A stretch of DNA of 14,490 nucleotides, taken from Azolla caroliniana (Eukaryota; Plantae; Polypodiophyta). The position numbers and the translations under genes were made by a program. Shown here piece by piece: positions 9,560 through 14,490 of this stretch. The DNA lies in contig JBHGNT010000866.1 in the NCBI GenBank assembly GCA_043228905.1, positions 1-14,490 of the forward strand. Direction: 5' to 3'. Each line of letters starts with the position of its first letter. Position 1 is the stretch's first letter. The notes beneath the pieces were generated by a model. It was not told the DNA's origin. It was given only the letters and a program-made list of their open reading frames with translations, and did not search any database.

Positions 9560-9625
9560 TTGCAACTAAAAATGGAAGCATGCAACTAAAAGTAGAGGCC
9601 ATGCAACTGAAAGTGGACATGCAAA
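9518..9625 (+). repeat. ~18-21 bp minisatellite with TGCAACTAAAAG core
   Basis: Five to six decaying copies of ATGCAACTAAAAG(N)GGCC. Pairs of the same motif occur in each long repeat unit. Confidence 0.85.
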
Positions 9626-10016
9626 GTAACATTGGGAAGGAGGATCAAGAAAGAGCTCGATATATGTCCCATTTTTTCCCACTAATTGTTTTCTTTTCCT
9701 CTCTTCTTCTCTCTCCCATTCCTTGGGGAAGAATAATCTCTCATATTCATATTGGACCACTCCTTACATGGTTGTTGGCTCCTTTCTATAAAATTTTTAT
9801 CTCTCATTTTCATCTCTAACCCGTTGTAACAAGATTCTTGAATTATAAAAGAATATATTTTCTTATGCAATAAATGAACATTTTCTCTCATCTACTCGTC
9901 TTATATGTGAATTTTGCTTGTGTTGTACATGTTGCACTAATTCCTTCTAGTCCAGAACCCCGGCAGTTCCGCCTCGCGATCCGCACATAGGGACGGATTT
10001 TCACGACATAATTAAG

Positions 10017-10034
10017 TGGTGAACCCGACGTGAA
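10017..10034 (+). other. Primer-binding site complementary to the 3' end of tRNA-Trp
   Basis: TGGTGAACCCGACGTGAA is the reverse complement of TTCACGTCGGGTTCACCA, the 3' end of plant cytosolic tRNA-Trp as I recall it. Confidence 0.85.
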
Positions 10035-10062
10035 AGTGGCGGTAGGGAGGATATCAAGTGCA

Positions 10063-12247
10063 ATGATGGCTTCCACAAGCGGAACTCTAGGAGAGGAATT
10101 AACAAAAGGCATGGTGTCTGTAGTGGAATACATGTTGAAGGTGAGAGATCGAGAAGCTTTAATCGACAAAATTGTTGATCGTACGATCGAGATAGCTGGA
10201 CGATTTGGTGGCAAGAATATCACGGATTTTCTTTCTACCTATCGGAACGAGATGCAACAAAGGGATGTCAATGATCTGAAACAAATTTCTAGCTTCAAAC
10301 GTGTGGTGGAACCAGGGATCCGCGAGTGCGTCATGGAGATCCAAAATGAGCATGCAACTTGGGCGAGTTCGAAAAGACGCTTCACGTTGAATACATGCTT
10401 GAAGATGCATCACGGATGACTCGACATACGCTAATGTCTTGGATCGAGAAGAAAGGGAAGAATATGTGTGTGTCTGGAGTATATGTCAAATTCGACCAGA
10501 AGTACATCCGACTTTCGAGTGTTGATCAATGAGTTCTCGATGGAGATAAAGTCCTACTATTCCTAAAGGCAGTGGATGCAAAAGATCGACGAGAATTGGG
10601 CAACTTTTTGGAGGAGAAAACACAACCAAATGGTTTGGTAGTGGACTAGGCGACAGTGAAGAAGGCTTGTAACCGTCTTAATAAGTGTCGACAATGGCAA
10701 GAGGAAACTGATATGGAGAATCCACAATCGTGGAGGAGGAAGACGCCTATGACGATCGAGCCTTGCAAGCCGATCAACAATTTTGACAAGAAAGCGATGG
10801 AAGAATCCATAATCGAAGAGCTCTCCAAGAAGTTTGAAGTGGTATCGTTGGCCAACTTAGGTCAACATGGGTCCAAGGGAAAAGAAGCGTATAGATGTCT
10901 GTGGTGTGACAGCTTCGAGCATCGCGAAGGGAGTGCATTGACTTGCAAGACGCGATTCGCAAGAACGTCGTCTATTTGGACGACAACATGATTCATTCGA
11001 GCGAGACCCGGAAGCCACTACAAGTGAACTTCGGAAGAGGAGGGTTGAAAAAGATCGTGGAAGAGGAAGATGTAAGGCATGTAGAAGCTATGCACTATGC
11101 CGCATCGGCGGGAATACGAGTTGGAAGAGAGAATCTAAAGACGATAAAGCCGGGAGCTGGATTTTGGCCAACGGTATTCGAGTGCGAAAAGAAAGGAAAA
11201 ATAGATTTGGAGGATCTAAAACATGCTGATCGGAATGTGCGACGAGTTACCGGATGGTAGGATCTAGTCAACGATAACACAAGCTTTGCGGAGGTTGTGT
11301 GTGACAACTATGAAGCTCTTGTTGAAGAGAAGAGGAAAAGAACCGGTGAAGAAGATGGCACATCAAAGCGTCACAATACGAGGAATGCAGGGAAAGAAGG
11401 ACAAGCCCAACCTACGCCAGGAAAAGAGATCGGAGAAACAAGCATGAAGCCCGGTGGATCGAGCCGAACTTCTTGGATGGATGTCGATGAATTTGTGAAG
11501 AAAGGAAAAGAATGAGCGGCGCCGACTTACAAGCTAAGGTCGGACATAGAACAAACAACCAACTTGCGGAAGGTCCTTGAGGAGAAGGTTTTAGATAGTC
11601 ATGTCGACCTTACTTTGAGAGAGCTACTTGGGATCACTAAGAAGGAGTTCCACGATACTATCGTGGACTTGATTAAGTGGAAGCGGTAACAATCGGATGA
11701 AGAGGAGGTGAAAACAAGTGCCATAACCATGGCAAGATCGGAAGAGGAGGAGGAAGAAGAAGTGATGGAGGACAACCATTACTCTCGGCCTCATTGGGCA
11801 AGAGCGACAATGGAGACGCCGGTGAAGATCAAAGAGAAGAAAGAGACCATGGTAGCCTTGATTGACCATGGTTCGGAGATCAACCTCATGTCGACAGAAT
11901 TCTACAAGAAAGGAAGATGGCCGATCAACACAAACCACAGATAGAAGTTACGAGCAGCAACGAAGGCCACGGAAGACCTGTACAGAGCTTGCCCCAATGT
12001 TAAAGTCACGATCAGAGCTGTGGAGATGGATCAACACTTCTTTGTGCAAGACTCGGCTTCACATCCCATCATCCTAGGACAACCATATATCACATCATCC
12101 CGGATGGAGACTAAGGTGTTCGATAATGGAGCGGACTTCGTGCGAGTCAAGAGCCTTGACAATCAAAGATCTGTTCAATTCCTTACGGTGCGGGCTAATC
12201 ACGAAAGGAACCGAGATAGCCTTGGAGGCGAATCCTCAGATATTTAG
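10063..12247 (+). pseudogene. gag: Gypsy gag-protease ORF, broken by stops and frameshifts
   Basis: GRFGGKNITDFL gag start. The CX2CX4HX4C knuckle CLWCDSFEH/SRREC spans a frameshift near 10920. Aspartic protease motifs ALIDHGSEINLMS and HPIILGQPY. Ends at TAG 12245-12247. Confidence 0.88.
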
Positions 12248-14490
12248 AGTGGACTATTGAAGCGTGGGGCACAAATAGTCCGAGCAATCATAAGTCCCCA
12301 CAAGGAAGCAAAATAAGTGGATCGCAAGGAGAAGCAACATGTGTGACACCTAGTGGTGCATGTAAACTAACACTACTCAACAAGAAGGACAAGCATCAGA
12401 TACAAGACTTCGAGAAGATGCTGAAAGAGGAAAGCATAATTGAAGAAGAAGAATTCGTGTCTCATATTCTAGAGGAAGCCTCATTTAACAACACCATTGG
12501 CGAAATCGAGGAAGTCGTGGACTTGAGCTACCCTCACGATCAATATGTGATTTCGGTTAACTCCGTCAACATGTATGCTATCATCGATGAATATCATCAA
12601 GGCATCTTGATGGAGGAAGCTGAAGTCAACTCAAAATATAAAACGGTGGATAAGAAGATCAAGCTAGTTGCGGTTTCGCTACCGGAAGATAGCTGATAGA
12701 AGATGAAGGAAGTTGCTAATGATCCAAGCTTAAGGGATCCAAAGGCAATAGGTCATGTCTTCACCAAAGAGACGAAAGGAAAGCTACAAGTTGGAAGGGA
12801 AGATTTCCTTCTCCCTGAAGAGGAGAGAATGTTCCACGGAATGCTTGAGAGACATGGAAAGCCTTTGCCTTCTCTCTACAAGAAATCGAATGTGCCGACC
12901 CGAAGATGATAGAGCCGATGGTTATTTTTACGGTGCCGCATGTACCTTGGAACCTCAAGCCGATATCGGTTCCAAGAGCTCACATTCCGAAGTTGATTGA
13001 GCTTCTAAAGGAAAAGGTTAGGATGGGAATACTTGAGCCATTCAATTCTCCCTACGCCAATAGATGGTTAACGGTGCTGAAGAAGAATGGGTCCTTACGC
13101 TTTATTCAAGATCTCCAACCTGTCAACAAGGTGACGATCCGAAATGCCGGAATTGGTCCAAGTGTGGATGAATCTGCCGAAGCCTTCGCGGGAAGATCGA
13201 TCTACTCCATTGGTGATCTCTACTCGGGCTGTGATCAATTTGAATTGGTTGTCGATAGTAGAGAAATAACGACAATGAGGACGCCGATCGGGTTGATAAG
13301 GATGTGCACCTTACCCCAAGGTGCAACAAATTCCATAGCCCACATGGTGAATGCCATGAACAAAGTGTTGAGGGATTGTATCGCTGATATCACAATGCCC
13401 TTCTTAGATGATATTCCAATCAAAGGATGCTTGGTGGAAGAAAAATATGAAGATAGTTGCCGAAGATTCGTCATTGATCATATAAAGGATAGCGAGAAGG
13501 TGTTGCAAAAGGTTGAGGATGCAAATCTCATGTTTTCGGGAGAGATGTCTGCATTCGGTCAACCATAAATATTGGTAGTAGGACACTTATGTGGGTCTGA
13601 TGGACGGAAGCCATCTCCATCCAAGGTGAAGGCTATTCAAGAGATGAAAGAAGAATGTGTGTCTCAAACAGAGGTGCGAAGATTCTTGGGAGCATGTGCA
13701 TTCTATCACATATGGATTCCACATTATTCTCATGTCGCTGAACCATTGTATGGATTACTAAAGAAAAGGAAGAAGTTCGAATGGGAAGATGAGCATACCT
13801 ACGCGGTTCAAAAGCTAAAGAAACTATTATTGGAAGCTCTGGCACTGCGAAAAGCCGACTACACCAAAGGTACCCCGATATATGTGACGGTGGATACGAG
13901 CCCAACCGGAATTGGATGGGTGATAAACCAAGAAGACAAAGAAAAGAATCGGTATGCAATCCGATTCGGTGCAAAGGTGTTCATTGAAAGACAAAGGAAG
14001 TATGCCCAAGTAAAGAGAGAGCTATGGGGAATAGTATCTGCGGTTAAAACCGATCGTGACTACCTTATCAAAACAAAGGTCATAATCGAAACTGATTGTC
14101 TACCTATTCTCGAAATGATATCCGGTTGTGCTACACCAGATATTGCTATGCTGCGATGGATTGCCTATATCAAGTCCCTCAACCCCGAGATTTGACATAT
14201 AAATGGGAAGCATAATGTGGTGGCCGATATGTTATCAAGGGCAAGGTATGAGGGTGAAGAAAATTTGCACTCCGATGAAGGAGATGTTGGCCTAAACTTC
14301 TTTATGGTTTCTTGTGCTCGAGTGCTTGCCATGTTTAAAGTAGAAGATTATGAGGGTGAACTTCTACCGAATTAGAAAGAAGTCCTACAAGTTATTCCTC
14401 AAAGAAGGACATCTATGGAAGTTTCTAAAGAAGAAGAATGGAACTCCACTTCAAGTGGTGTGCAAGAAACAAGATCAACAAACACTAATT
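12220..14490 (+). pseudogene. pol: Gypsy pol: linker, reverse transcriptase, RNase H; continues beyond the window
   Basis: KKNGSLRFIQDLQPVN, DLYSGCDQF, TLPQGATNS, PFLDDI, VRRFLGAC, TVDTSPTGIG, ELWGIV, ETDCLP and NVVADMLSR. In-frame stops at 12694, 12697, 13566 and 14193, and a frameshift near 12860. Confidence 0.93.
12238..12301 (+). promoter_or_regulatory. Candidate -1 ribosomal frameshift signal (degenerate slip site plus H-type pseudoknot)
   Basis: The pol frame overlaps gag-PR in the -1 frame (12220-12247). Stem 1 is GGACTATT/AATAGTCC and stem 2 is GTGGGG/CCCCAC. Confidence 0.6.

Larger units (their letters stand above)
8160..10008 (+). repeat. Gypsy 5' LTR (~1.85 kb)
   Basis: It starts TGTCATG exactly where copia gag breaks and ends CACGACA (7-bp terminal inverted repeat, 1 mismatch), 8 bp before the PBS. 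Candidate TATATAA near 8393 and AATAAA at 9869. Confidence 0.85.
8160..14490 (+). mobile_element. Ty3/gypsy LTR retrotransposon (possibly Phygy/Selgy-like non-chromovirus), decayed; runs off the window end
   Basis: Order is LTR, PBS, gag with CCHC knuckle, protease, RT, RNase H, with no integrase before the RT. The lineage call is inferred from the Trp PBS and the RT motifs. Confidence 0.93.

Noticed and set aside
8677-9625. CRISPR-like repeat-spacer appearance
   Set aside because: The units are far too long, the spacers resemble each other, there are no cas genes, and the context is a eukaryotic LTR.
8420-9819. Dense cluster of ORFs on both strands
   Set aside because: Artefact of GC-rich, stop-poor tandem repeats within the LTR.
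10017-10034. tRNA gene
   Set aside because: Only an 18-nt complement including CCA, with no cloverleaf. This is a PBS.

Overview
Eukaryotic nuclear DNA from a land plant, probably a non-seed lineage such as a moss, lycophyte or fern (inferred from the retroelement types). It holds one host gene, a STIG1-family cysteine-rich protein (1071-1952). Its canonical STIG1 domain is followed by four tandem acidic 10-Cys repeats, and a frameshifted fifth repeat lies past the stop. An AT-rich intergenic stretch (about 2100-4680) follows. The rest is a nest of three decayed retroelements. A LINE reverse-transcriptase relic (minus, about 4681-5082) is cut by a multiply deleted Ty1/copia element (minus, 5083-8159). 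That element's gag is interrupted by a Ty3/gypsy element (plus, 8160 to the window end) with a 1.85 kb repeat- and hairpin-rich LTR and a tRNA-Trp primer-binding site. The gypsy gag-protease/pol junction shows a -1 frame overlap followed by a predicted H-type pseudoknot. The most unusual items are the repeat-expanded STIG1 protein and this candidate ribosomal frameshift signal. I cannot establish novelty for either without database searches.
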